From Hyphochytrium catenoides (Eukaryota > Protista > Hyphochytriomycota): 44,053 nucleotides of DNA. Below, one piece after another: positions 13,135 through 27,597 of this stretch. Location of the stretch: the NCBI GenBank assembly GCA_900088475.1, contig FLMG01002065.1, positions 1-44,053 on the forward strand. The letters run 5' to 3'. The notes below the pieces were generated by a model. That model saw nothing but the letters and a program-made list of their open reading frames with translations. It had not been told where the DNA came from and did not search any database. A program made the position numbers and the translations under genes. Within the stretch, counting starts at the first letter, position 1; each line of letters starts with the position of its first letter.

Positions 13135-16100
13135 ATGACATCCGAAGCAGAGGAGATTACTTTGTTCTCGGAGTTGCACAACCATCTGCGCAAGGAGGAC
13201 TATCAAAAAGCCATACTGTCTGCAAACAAAAGTAAAACCTCGCTGCTTTCTTTATCCACGCTCGGACGTTCACCCTTTCCTTTTCTCGGCCCGCTCTCAG
13301 TCCTGCAGAAATTGCCAAGTGATTTGGACGCCCTGAGGACTAAGGTCGTAGCCTTGATACGTCTAGGACAGGCAAGCTTGAGAAAGATCATATACCTCTC
13401 TATACACCTTTTCTCACCCTGCTTTCTTTGGCGACTACAGTATGATAAAGCACTGCAGGCTATCGGAGACAAGAAATCACTAGATTTTGAGAAGGCATAC
13501 TGCGCCTACAAGCTAAAGAATGTGGGGCTCAGTCCTGAGTTTATCATTGTGGTGTCGTGGATATAAACATCTCTGTCCGCTATACCTGGACTACAGGTGC
13601 CTCTAGTCAGAAAACTTTGTGAAGGCGCGTCGCCGGCAGAGTCTCAGAAGTTTGGGCATGTTCTAGCACAGCTGGTAGGAGAATGACCTCTTCTGACCTT
13701 ATACCTCTCTATACTCCTTTCTTTCGCTTCAAGCAGCCACTCTCTTGCGTATTCTCGTTCTTGGTCATAAAAAGCGTCATTCGTCTCTGTCACTGTCAGC
13801 TATATCGCGAGAATCAACATGACGAAGCTATAGAGATATACGGCGAGCTGGCTCAAGACTATAAGGTACCCTTCCCACTCAGTATTTGCTGTCGCCAATC
13901 TCCAAACCTAAAACAGGGGCCCAATCTAGAGTGGAGACGATTTGCCAGAGCTTAGAACAAATCTTTTAGCTGCGTATGTGGCCGGTGGAAAGAGCCAGGA
14001 CGCATTAAAGCTAGACTGGATTGCGGCTGAACAGGTTTAAGACTTTCACAAAGCTATCATCAGACCTCACCGTTCCGTTTTCTACTGAAATTTGTGTCAA
14101 TACCTTGAGATGCCTTTTTGCGCATCGCCAGTGTACATGCTCCTCCAGTTGTCTACTGAAGTTTCTTAGTATTACGCACTCCGGCTTGCATTCCGGCGGG
14201 CTGTCGATGCTTCTTTCCGATGATTTTCCATTTCTCAATACTTGCAACTGTGAGCGCTGAAGGCCTTTCGATTGTAGAATGACACAGATAGCTACGAGCT
14301 TGCATACAACATAGCCTGTGCACATGCACAGAAAGGAGATTTTTCAACAGCGGAGAGGCTTCTCCGCAACGCTGAAGGTCAGGGAGGACTGTAGTCGAAG
14401 TTTGCCTGACGGCCGACATCTAGACTTAGCAAGCTACTTACCCTCCTCCCCTGTTTTCCCTTACTTTGTTTTACTTCTCGCCTTTGCTGATATGCCACTA
14501 CAGCCCAACTCCGTCAGATTGCCGACTCAGACGATCTCAGTCCAGAGGAAGTAGAGAACGAGGCAGCCGTGGTATTGGCCCAGCTGGCATATGTGCTACA
14601 GCAAATGGGGCATGTTGACCGGGCTGTGGTCATCAATAAGAACATCCTTAAGTCAAAGTACGCATCAGCGACTTGTCGAGTCGGAACGCTCTTTGACTTT
14701 CTATGCTACCTCCATCATCATTCTTACTCCTTGCTCTTTGCATTGATCTTTACCTGGTGTTCCTCCACTTTTCATTGCGCTCTCTACTCCTTGTTAATCT
14801 TCTGAGCAACCGCGTTCACAGGCCAAGTGATGATGCCGTACTCGCCGTTGCCTCCAACAATTTAGTGGTTATGAGGAAAGACAAGGACCTATTTGACTCT
14901 TGGAAGCGGTGAGTGGTGTGATGCTGTTGGACTCCTGTTAAACGGTCTTTAACAAAAAATATCTCTCGTCTGCAGTCTAAAAAACGCCCACAGTAAAATA
15001 TCAGAAGAAAGACTCTCTCCGTCTCAACTGGAGACCTTCCTCTTTAATCGTGCTACTGTCCTTTGCTTAATGAACAAGGTGGGACTGGCTACTCCGGTGC
15101 TTTGGGACTCTCGGTGTTATCGACTCCTGTACTTGAGTTCTTTTGTTTTCAGGTCCATCCCTGCCGCCATTGTAATATCACCCTGCCGCTTAATATAATG
15201 CGTTCCCAGGGAGACGAGTGTAGGGAAGCTCTTAAGGACGTTGAGAAGCGATATCCGGACAATGAGACACCTGCGCTTATAATGGCAGCTCTGTTGGTTA
15301 GAGAAAAGCGCTTTGAGGAAGCCTGCGCCCTAGTGAAGAAGAAAGTAACCTCTATCCGAGGCCAGCTAACTCTCGCTTATATCTGTCTAGTGCAAGGTAT
15401 TCAAGGACCTGGCATTGGGGATCGTTCTTTCTTGATGTTGGTTTAATGACGAGTTGGCTCAAGTCAGGTGTTATAAAAGTCTTGATACGTCCAGTAGATC
15501 TCTCGCTCGGTTGCTTTTTGTGGGAAACCTAAGCGTGGCGTTTTCTTCTTCCTTCTGCCTTTTCCTCACGATGATTTTGCTGATGACCTCTTTGAACAAC
15601 TATTACGGCCCCAATGTCGTCCGTTCCTCAGGGAAGTGTGCTGAAGCCATACAAATTGTCGAATCCATTGAGAGCATTCGGTATCAGCCAGGCACTGTCG
15701 CCACGCTGGTGGCCCTGTATGACAGTCTAGGGCAATCAGCCAAGGCAATTGAGACATTCGAGAGAGCGCTAGCCTGGAGGAAGAATAGAATGACTGAGGA
15801 TGAGGCTTTTCAAGAAGGAACCTTTAGAATACAGGTATTTGGCAGGACTTGCGTTGAGTAAGGTTGGGCCCCTGCTTCTCTCATCGGAACTTCCAGAGCT
15901 CTCTCGTTGCGCTAGCCTCTATCTCACCAAAGCCTAAGATGCGTCTTCCGCCACCTGAGACTGAATTAACTTGCCTTGGCTCTTAGGAAGCAGATGCGGC
16001 GTATAAACTAGCACACGGGCAGGCAGAAGACGCTGCTACTGCGTACAGAAGAATTGTCGATGGTGGCTCCGCCATAGACCCCCCAGCCAGACTACGGGCA

Positions 16101-17320
16101 CTGGCTTCCCTTGTCATCTCCACGTAAGATAGTGTCTGTGCTCAGCACTCACCGTGCTCTGCTTCAAAAGTGTGTCCAAACTTGTCATCTTAAACTCTCT
16201 GCTCTATCCATTGCTTTGCCCTCTATCTCACGCTGCTCACGCACACACAGATCACAGTTTGATGCAAAGGCAGCGGAGATAGAGGCGGCACGGCTGCCTC
16301 CACTACACGGCTTGGAGAAAGATGCCGAGGAGGTAGGTTGCAGACTACATGGGTCGGGGGTTGCTAAGGGTCATTGAATAAATTTGGAAACCTATATTAT
16401 TCTCCCTTCATCGGCTGACTTTTAGTAAGTTAGTCTCCCTCTAACAGTGTTGCTCGCCCTCCTTCGTCCTTGTTCTGTAGCTTGAAGCTGAAGTTCCGCG
16501 CATTGTTAACTCGAGGGCGGCGAAGACTATGAAGATAGTTGATGTCGGAGAGAAAAAGGCAGAGTAAGTCGTTAACGAAGCGTTTGGCAAGAAGGAACTT
16601 GCTGAAAACGTCTTTTCCTTTCTAGACGCAAAAGAAAGAGCCAAAACCCTGAGAAAGTGAAGAGAAAGAGGGCGAAGAGGCGAGAGGCTTATCTGCAGAA
16701 GCTGGTTGAAAGAGGTGACGGCCCTCAATTTTTGATGGCCCCCATCCAATCCTATCCTCTCTAACACAGTTCCAGGCGAAATCACTGACGTTGCGAACGC
16801 TCCAAGGCCGGATCCTGAGCGATGGATACCAAGGAAACAGAGATCGTACGCCAAAAGAGGTAGGACGGAAAGATGCAAGTTGTCATCAAGACGGAGCTGT
16901 CATTTCTCTGCATGGTCGTCTTCGTCTCTCACCCGCCCATGAGTGGCCCGGCTTTCTGGGGTCCTCGGTCTACTCCCTCCTTTAAGAGCTCTAATGGAAC
17001 TTCATCTTACTGGTCGCGTCACCACTCTTGAAACCAGGTCGTAAGGCGAGAAACAAGTTTGTCGGCGCACAGGGCGCAGGGGTGGGCACTGAGCTTGACT
17101 CTCACCGCTTTGATGCAGCGGCCCGAGCTGCGGAGCGGAAAGCTCAGGCCGAGAAGAAGCAGGAGGCCAAGGTATGGTATCATGAGCTCCTTGAGCTAAA
17201 ATGAGCAAGGAATGGATACCAAAGCCGCCACTTTGTACCTTACATTGCCTTATTTGCACTCAGGTGGCGACTGGCCCTACGGCGATGGAAAGAAGGGCTA
17301 TGACGAAAAAGAGAAGATAG
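13135..17320 (+). CDS. SRP72: Signal recognition particle subunit SRP72, multi-exon
   Basis: TPR-like N-terminus (KVVALIRLGQ/YDKAL...LDFEKAYCAYKL, SYELAYNIAC, VLAQLAYVLQQMG, VLAVASNNLV) and the C-terminal RNA-binding motif PDPERWIPRKQRSY...GAQG. Stop TAG at 17318-17320. Confidence 0.95.
13372..13440 (+). other. GC-AG intron (SRP72 intron 2)
   Basis: CAG|gcaagc...ctacag|TAT. Removing it restores IRLGQ-YDKAL. Confidence 0.8.
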
Positions 17321-18107
17321 GGCGGGTTCCTCAACTCTACCACATTCAAGCTCTGAACTAGAAATACTTTCAGGAATAGGATGGTGTCTAAAGAGACAGA
17401 TTGCTCTTTTCTCCATAGCTCGCTTCATATCAAGTTGGCGAGAGAAATAAAGATTTTTGCTCAGGCGATGACATTGGCACCCATGGTCCTTGCGGTTGTC
17501 CTCATGGTTGCTGACTCGAAAGGTCACATAGGTCCACCCCTCGACCGTCTATGCGAGATCGGCCACTAGTATAAGTACCGTCCCACGCTGCACCAAGCTC
17601 TGGTACCTCCTTGAACGCGTTGCCTTTCTGATGCATGTGGTCCGCACTCCTCCCGGCACTTGTTGGGGCCCATCATCGTCAGGGAAGTGGTTAGGAAGAC
17701 GCAGCTCATCTGCAGGGTCGAATCACGTCAATTATGGGCTACTGTTATTGCTCATAGAAGTTTGAGATAACTAGAAAGGTATTATTTGTGTGCTACTCTA
17801 CAGGGATATGTTTAGTTGGGATCAATATGCGATAATCTTAGGTATAGGAGCCATCAAAAGATTCTCATCTGCATTTCGTCCGGAGTATAAAATCTGTCAT
17901 CGTTCTCTTCTGCTCTTCACGCATTATCTCAATAATGTTTAGGAGGCAAGCGTTCTGCCTGTGAGCGGGGCAGGTGACAGAAGCCGAACTCCACATTTTC
18001 ACACATCTGCTTGTGGTCCATGGCTTAGTCTGCAGACGAAGCCTTCTGCTTGGGCTCTCGCTCGGTGTCAAAATGGTGTGGATCTTCATCTGATAGCTGC
18101 TGGCACA

Positions 18108-21100
18108 ATGGAGGGACCGAGTGCTGGACGTCCTTCCGAGGTGTCATCTGCCGGGCAAGCTAAGGAGGATCAGCCTACTCCTACCAGTGTCAGAGCCTCA
18201 ATTGACGTGAATGGAACTATCAACTGCCTCTCACTTTCTCCCTCAAAAACTCTGGTGGCGGTTGGAGGACGGGATGGTACGAAAAGTGTGAAGGCTCTTT
18301 GCTCTTCATTGACGCTCCTTCCCAACCTTACTACATCTCTGCCCGCTGTACTCCAACCCTCGCCTGTCTTTGACCTGATCTGTGGCTGCTTCGGGCTCAT
18401 TTCTGTCGTTGATATCGTTTTTCAGGCCCAGCAAGAAGCTTATCAGTAGTTCGTGCTCTGCCTCTATCCTTCACCGCCTTCTTACGCACTCGTAATAGTC
18501 CTCAAAATACTCAGCCTTCAAGCTGACGGCTTTCAAGAAAAGAAGAATCTTAGGGCAGGAAAGGGAAACCTCACTCTTAGGACCAATGACGTGCGCTGGA
18601 ATCCTCACGCGGGCAAGTTCTGGGTGACGCTCTTTTGACACCTCGTCTCCATATCCACCTCCCGCCTGCCTCAGTCCATCGAGTCCTCAACGCTTCCTTC
18701 CTCGTTTTTCAGTATTCCCAGCCTCTTTACTAATGCCTACATTCTCATACTTTATCGCCCAACTCCTTTGTCTACGACTGGGTTCGATACCCTTACTCCT
18801 GAGGCAAGGAGTGGGCCATGCTGAAGCTCCCTTCTATACTTGCCCAATATATCTGGAACCTTGCTCTAACTCACTTTCCGTTCATCTCCCACTCCCTTGA
18901 ACCTCTTCTCCATCCTTCTGTGTATCTTTTGTTCTCAACACCGTTTGTTGCAATCTCTCGCCTCTTGTTCTCGTAGCTTTCGAGAACCTTGTGGCGACGG
19001 CAGCAACCAATGGCGCAGTGGTGATATGGAACTTGCAGAAAGAGGGACACAAGCAAATACAAGGTGTCCTAAAAACCGTGAAAAGACAGGGAGAAGAAGG
19101 AGGAACCCCAACGTAGTAAGCAGGGAGAGGGCTACTGGGTAGGGAAGGCGGCTCAAGCGGTGATATTTCGGTCTGAGGACGTTTAAAAGTGCTTGCGTTA
19201 TGGTCACCGGATGTACGGGTCCGAGAGTCTATTTCAAGCAGAAAATTGTATCCTCACGACCCAAGGGACGACCAACTGACGTTGATTGCGAGAAGTACAC
19301 CCAGACAAGCGGGGAACTGCTTCCACAATGACCTAACTCTTTAAATTAACTCTTTGAATGTACCCAGAACGTATATATGCCGAGCACACTCGGGCCGTCA
19401 ATCGCGTGTGCTGGCACCCCTCGGAACCCAACATCCTCATCAGCGGCTCCCAAGATGGGACTCTAAAGCTTTGGGTGAGTCGAAGTTCGTGCCCCTCCTT
19501 CCCATCGTTCTCCTCTGATACCTTTCCGACCTTGCTATGTACGCTTGTGTGCTCTCTCTCTCTTTTTCTCTCTCCCCCTCTCTCTCAACCAAGTCACCAA
19601 TCTCTGTTGTTGGTCCCACGATACCTTGTCGTTATTTCTGTACAGGACATAAGGAAAAAAGGGGAGAGCGCTCTTACCTTCCGGCCTCGGTCTGAAAGTG
19701 TGAGAGACGTACAGTTCTCGCCGCTTTTTGCCAGTCGCTTCGCTGCCTCCTTTGAGACCGGTCAAACGCAAGTCTGGGACACAAGATTTCCATTGCAGCA
19801 GGAGATTAAGTTTACTGGTGAGAGCACTTGCTGGCTCCTTCTTGTAACTAAGACTCTTGCCCTATGGTTAGTGCCTCGACCATTCACCCTGAAAACCCCT
19901 ATATGGGGTCATTCTAGGTCGCTTAGGCTTGTTCCTAATTCTTCCCTTTTCCCTTCCTTCTGGGGCCATGTCATGTCTAGGCCATAAGGGCCTTGTGCTG
20001 GCGCTAGAATGGCATCCACTTCGCCCTCACTGCCTCGCGACCGGGTCCAGAGACCGGACTGTGAAGGTCTGGGATCTTGCCGACTATCGGCAGCCTTTGC
20101 AAACTGTTCAAACCTTCGCCAGCGTCAGCAGGATCCAGTGGAGACCCAATCATAGCGACCAGCTGACAAGGTCCTTTCTATTTCCTTTGATCCCTACTCA
20201 TATATGTCTGTAATTGACCAAACACGTCCGCCTCGCTTCGCTGCAGCTGTGCTTCCATTATGGATAACTCCATTCACATCTGGGACCTGCGTCGGCCATG
20301 CATCCCCATCGCGACCTTCCGTGGTCACCAAGATGTAGTCACCGGGTTGCAATGGATACAAGGAGGATACTATACTACTAGCGGTAGGCTTCCTAGGTCC
20401 TGCCCTGACCATTGTGCTACTTATCTCACCTCCTAACAACGCCTTTCTAAACGATTTCCCCTTATGTTGCCGCTGCTAGGAGACTCGGGCGGTGAAACCC
20501 CATCCGATTCCTCTTCCCAGTTTCTTCTTTCATGTAGTAAAGACGCTACTGTAAAGCTCCACTCTCTCGGTAAGCAGGGGCTGAAAATGCAAACGGGGAG
20601 GTGGACGGACAGCTAAGGAGCGTGGTGACCCTTTATTCGTTCTTAGACCCTGCCATCTTCTACCTCTGACCTACAGCTGACGCGTACAAGCCTTATGAGC
20701 ACATTAGAACCCTAGCTTTGTCATGGAATCCACTGAGCGAGCTCGCTACTACTTACGATCCTGTGGACCGACGTGGAGAGTCTTTGGGAGTTTCGAGGGA
20801 CTCTCTCAGCGCGAGCGGTCGGGACAGCAGGAGTTCAGCTGGAGAGCCTGCAGTATTAAGGTTTTTACTACTGAATTTATTCTCTTCTTGCATACTTTAG
20901 CTGCTGTGTATGAGTCCTGCTATGTCTGATCCACATCGCTCAAGCTACTCATCTCTGAATGTTCTAGTCTTCTTTCTCTTACGTCTACAACGACGAGAAA
21001 ACCTTATGTCGCCACCTGTGCTCGGACCCCTCTCTCTCTCTTCACTTGCATTCACCTTCCCTCACGCAGTCCAAGATTCCTCTATTGTACCATCTAGCTC

Positions 21101-23659
21101 TCTCTGCCTCTGGTTTCCTAGGATTTGTGGAGATTGCCATGGTAGTTTGATGCCTCCGAATAATACTGTCCATACCTTCCTATCTTTTCGTGATTAGAGC
21201 TACTGTGTCCAGTGCAAACCTTCTTGGCAGTAGTAGTATACTTCCCCACGCTCTTAGCATGCCAGCCATCAACGCCGCCGGCGCCGTTGAGCCTCCACAA
21301 AGTCTTCAGGACGACGGAAATGGCAAGATCGGAGGGCCCGGAATTGACAGACCCCACGCCATGTTAAAGATCGCTGCGCCTGCAGAGCTAGGGGCTGTCC
21401 ATACACCTCAAGGATTACCTGACGATACTGACCCGCAATCATTAACCGAGATGGTGGTTGAGGTAAGAAAGCACTCTATTAGACAAAGACGTGCACACAG
21501 AAGTCCTTCGAGAAATCTCCCTCGTAATAGTGATGAGGATCAGGGAATGGGCCATTAGGCCCGCGCGAAAGCTCAAAGGACACCTGTAAATAGAGTAGAC
21601 GGCAGCAATGACAGCCGGAATAGGCTGCCGTTTATCTTCGTGTTCCGGTTGAACCAACGCTCACTAACGCCATTGGTCTCGCTTAGGAATATGGCTTTGA
21701 CCCAAAAGTCTTTAGCTACCTGGCATCTCACTACGTTACTCGCGGAGCAGGAATAGCCAGCTTATGTGCTACCAACGCGAGGGTGGCAGAGGCCGCCAAT
21801 CAGCGACAACTAGCTCAGATGTGGCGAATTCTCTATCTGCTGTACAATGATAGACTGGAGGAAACGGTGGCAGAGGAGGTAAGGGGACGGCAGGGCATAG
21901 TTAAGAAGTACACAGAACTTGCATTTGCTACAGCTATTCATCCAGTTGACAGAGTCGAGAAGCAGGTTCAAAGAGGCTTTTCAATTCTAGGGTTTGCAAC
22001 CAGGATCTGAGACAGACGACATCAAAGTCGGTCGAGAGAGCTTGAAGCCGGATGAAGGCGTATCTGCGGCATCTGACAGGTGACCTTGAAACCAGTTTGG
22101 GAGGTACTTGGGTTTTGAAGCTTATAGGACGATGCTTGACTGTGTGACTCGTGGATACTTCATCTGATAGAACTTTTTACTTTGTACTGCATGCCATCCG
22201 TCGGTTGTCTAACTAAAGTTTACGTCCCTATGAACGTGGCAATAGTCCAGAGATGCCAACCCGGACGGGTCTTCTCCTGCAACAACTGGACGAGCTTAAC
22301 CCAGGTGCAAGTGATGGGTTTAGAACCGGCGTCGGCCAGGATTCTCCAGTGCTGCATGGTAAAGATATGGCAGATATTCTCCTTAATATCCGTTCCTAAA
22401 TCTTTTATGTCTTTGCCCACCCCATGGCTGGTGACCGAATTGAGCAGCTGACAAACAAAAGCGGTCCATGCGGAGTCCGAAGCCTAATCGGTTGGAGAGT
22501 TACGACATTGCAGAGGCAACGGGGCCGGGTACGTTGGCGGGAAGAGTGCATTCTTGCATGTGTATGTACAGGAATTGTGCCTTAAGTTACGGCCTGAAGT
22601 ATTTGCTATGGAACCTTATATTGGCACATAGGTCTTGTAGCATACTAAGTCGCCCCCTACTTCTTAAGGTCTCCATTGGCTGCGGGAGAGCATGCTCGAG
22701 GATCTGTTTGACTATCTCTCGGAGCAAGGGGATGTCCTTTCCTTCGCTGTTCTGTGCCTAGTCCTTCAGGGAGAGGTGCCATTGGATGATTTACTCGGGA
22801 AGAGACGGATTCAGCAGAACTTTATGTGGTATATTGATCTTCTACACAGGCTCCGGCTCTGGGAGGTTGCCAATGAGACTATCAGACTGAACCCCGATGA
22901 GGCCATCAGGCAGATGAACATGGTACGCATCCAATTGTGCCTGGCAGTCAACATCGGGAGCCGAATTGATGAAGTCAATAACCTTGAGTGTTGGGGACGC
23001 CGAACCACGAACGCATAACGGCTAGAGAATGCTGATAAATAATGTCTGCCAGATGTCTAGCATACTGAGTCTACGGCTTACTGACCCTCTTTTGTTTTCA
23101 GCAATCAACAACTATTTATTCCAGCTGCGGAAACTGCAGGAAGCCTCTTGACACTGGCACGGCAATACTAGAAGGCATTGCAGGCGCCAGCACCGCTTCC
23201 GTCAGTCGGTGTCAGCATTGTCGTCACCTGCCCAGCTCCTGCTCTCTCTGGTGAGCAACACATTGAATCGTTCGGCTGTCTCCTCCTTGCTTCCGAGCAT
23301 TTCTCAATTTCTGCTACCTTCCTTCCAGCCAATCCGCAGTTAAGGGACTATACGTTTGGTGCCCAGGATGTTCCCATGGCGGCCATCTGGAGTGCCTTAA
23401 GGATTGGTATGCGAACTTGTAGCAACTCCATTGTTAGCTATTCTCACCGGCCGACACTAGGTTTATGGACCAAGTACACTGCCCTACAGGGTGCGGACAT
23501 CGGTGCTTTACCAGGTCTCGCGAGAGAGGTCTAGAGGGAGCAAGGGAGGATTTTCCAACACTGGCTCCCTATGGGCTGGGCGGAGACGATAATAGAAGAC
23601 CGGACGGCATGACCGTCGCTTCAGAAATGTCTGCATTCAGCCGCGGCACGACAGTTTAG
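18108..23659 (+). CDS. WDR24: GATOR2 complex subunit WDR24 (Sea2-like): WD40 repeats plus C-terminal zinc finger/RING, multi-exon
   Basis: [43 protein letters not shown]...[49 protein letters not shown]-terminal CxxC...[31 protein letters not shown]...CPTGCGHRC. Confidence 0.95.
18613..18976 (+). other. GC-AG intron in WDR24
   Basis: GCG G|gcaagt...tcgtag|CT TTC. Removing it gives [18 protein letters not shown]. Confidence 0.75.
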
Positions 23660-24015
23660 CTGTTGAGAACCGGTTGACTACTTAGACATGGTTTCAGTCT
23701 CAAGCAGAAACAGCTCATAGTTGCTGCTTTTGGTTTTATACCACGCATCTTTCCTGGACTTTCGGCGAACTGCTCACGTACCAGATAGCTGACAACAGTC
23801 TCTTACTGAAGCCTACCAATCTTTGAGTGTTTGCTTCCCGGTTTCCCCTTGTCTATATCTTAACCTTCTAATGTCACTTCTATAAGCGATATCGAGCTTG
23901 CTGGAATCCTGAAATCCAGACAATTTATTGCAAGGGGCGTCGTGGCCCTACCATTTGGAGCGTGTAACTTGGCGCCCTACAAAATGCAAAACTTACTTCG
24001 CCTTTGACCGAAGTT

Positions 24016-24578
24016 TCAGTGCTGCTTCTCCTTCTTGGCTTCCTTGCTGGCAGGGATGAGGTAGAGAAAGAACCGGACACTGAGAAGGACCAGGGCAACC
24101 ATCGCAGGGCCCGCTTCGCTTCCGTCTAGGGAGTGTGTATACCTTGAGGTAACATGACGAGAGACAAAAGAAAGAAGCTTGGTGTTAGATGCTTGCGTGG
24201 CGACGTCCCAGTTTGTTATTACACTTACACTGCTCCTGCCATGACGACGATGAGCAACAGGTTCACAATACCCCGCAAGAATTCTGGGCCAAGAATGAAC
24301 AGAGCTGCAGAGCCGAGTTCTATAACCGCCACTGCGTGGCGGAATGAGTCTGGTGTGGTGTGAATCCCTTGCTTCTCTAAAAACATCATCGATTCTCTGC
24401 CTATTTCCTCCTTGCTCCAGGCTGTGAAGTAGGACTTGAAGTTCTTCACCATTTGCAGATGAAGGTCAGCGTTGACGATAGGTGTCACCTTTACTATGCC
24501 GCCCAGCAGGAAGAGTACGATAATGAAGATTGTAAGAACGAGCTGCAACTTTTCCAGCGCCATTCTTTGCACATCCAT
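24016..24578 (-). CDS. TMEM35: TMEM35/NACHO family (DoxX-like) four-TM ER membrane protein, 2 exons
   Basis: LFLLGGIVKVTP...MVKNFKSY...FRHAVAVIELGSA...NLLLIVVMAGAV/YTH...LLSVRF follows the TMEM35 pattern. The C-terminus KKEKQH* fits a KxKxx ER-retrieval signal. Confidence 0.8.
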
Positions 24579-25374
24579 GGTCAAAGTAGTCAACGTGGCT
24601 GTCAAATGGCAGAATGAATATGTCCTTTCACGTCGATGAAGCTTCTGAGCGAGTGCACTAGACAGCTTGGCGTTCGCAGGCAGCTAGCTCTCTTGACCGG
24701 CGTGGAGCTTGTTGCGAGCTGGTCCTCAATTATAAAAAGAAGAGTATTGCCGTACTGCCTGTAAAATAAGCTCCTCGTCTAATGGAGAAAGTGTATGTCT
24801 TGTTCCTCAAAGGCCTTTGCACTTATCTCTACGCGCTCTTTCTTTTGTAACTCTATTAAAATTTTACTACTAGGCTCTCTCTGTAGCCATCTTCCTCACT
24901 TCACTAATCACCAGACTGACGAACACCCACAAGCGCAGTTCCAAAAAGCCGCAAACGACCTGCCATATCCTAGCGGTTAGCGGATATCTGGTTAAGCTGT
25001 ATCGTCATACAACTATAACACTAACGGTATACCCTTTCTAACATAAAACCCCATAGTTGTACTGTTGTACTGTCCGATGTAGGGGAACGATTGACGCTTG
25101 CCATGATTCTGTCGTCCACCTTCCTTCAACCACGCCTCTGATCTTCTCTCTTCAGGTCCCACTGCCCCTGTCAATCTACCACTTCGCTTGGCCTCTTTCT
25201 CCCTCTCCTGACAGGGTTTAGGGCGGCTTGCTTGTCATGTTGATGTGTTGATGGATCACTCACTCTCACTTTTCCTTCCCTCTTCAAGCGAGCGCGGCAC
25301 ACGTCGCCTGTCTTGGGATTCTTAGCTGTCCATCGGAGTAATACGCACGTTTAGCGTAGTCTTCTGCAGAAAGG

Positions 25375-27148
<1,774 letters not shown>

Positions 27149-27597
27149 GCGACTGTCACCAGAGTTTCTAAAGCGTGTCGGTTCGTGTTACAGAAGGCCA
27201 TACAACATAACATAGGCCGATAGCCAGTAACGGCACACCTCTACTCTAAAATAACTGACAGAACATTATGTTCATGTTGCCCTTAAACGCTGCAGTTGGT
27301 AGCTCTTTGGTTTGCTGTTTCTGGAACCATTGGGCAGATCCTTGGCTCTTCCTATTCATTTTGGTCTTTGCTCTTAGGATACCATCGTGGCGAAGATCCT
27401 TGGCGACGTTCAGAGGCAGCCTCGCCATTCATCTGTCGCAAGTCCAAGTAATAGCTGCCAGTAGCAAAGCAAGACGGCGCCATTGGTATTGTTGTGTGGA
27501 TACTTTGTACGCCCCACCCGTCTGGAAATAGTGGGCCTAATAAGAAGCTTAAGCCTTTAAAGATTGGAGTCGAGATCAGGACGGCGGGAGGACAGCA

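Noticed and set aside
18778-18815. GGGTTCGATACCC T-loop/B-box-like motif and adjacent hairpin in a WDR24 intron
   Set aside because: No D arm, anticodon arm or acceptor stem can be built upstream, so it is not called a tRNA.
21500-21585. Resemblance to a TPP riboswitch, hammerhead, C/D snoRNA or RNase MRP
   Set aside because: Only fragments match. CUGAGA, CUGAnGA, a D box and the full MRP conserved regions are all missing.
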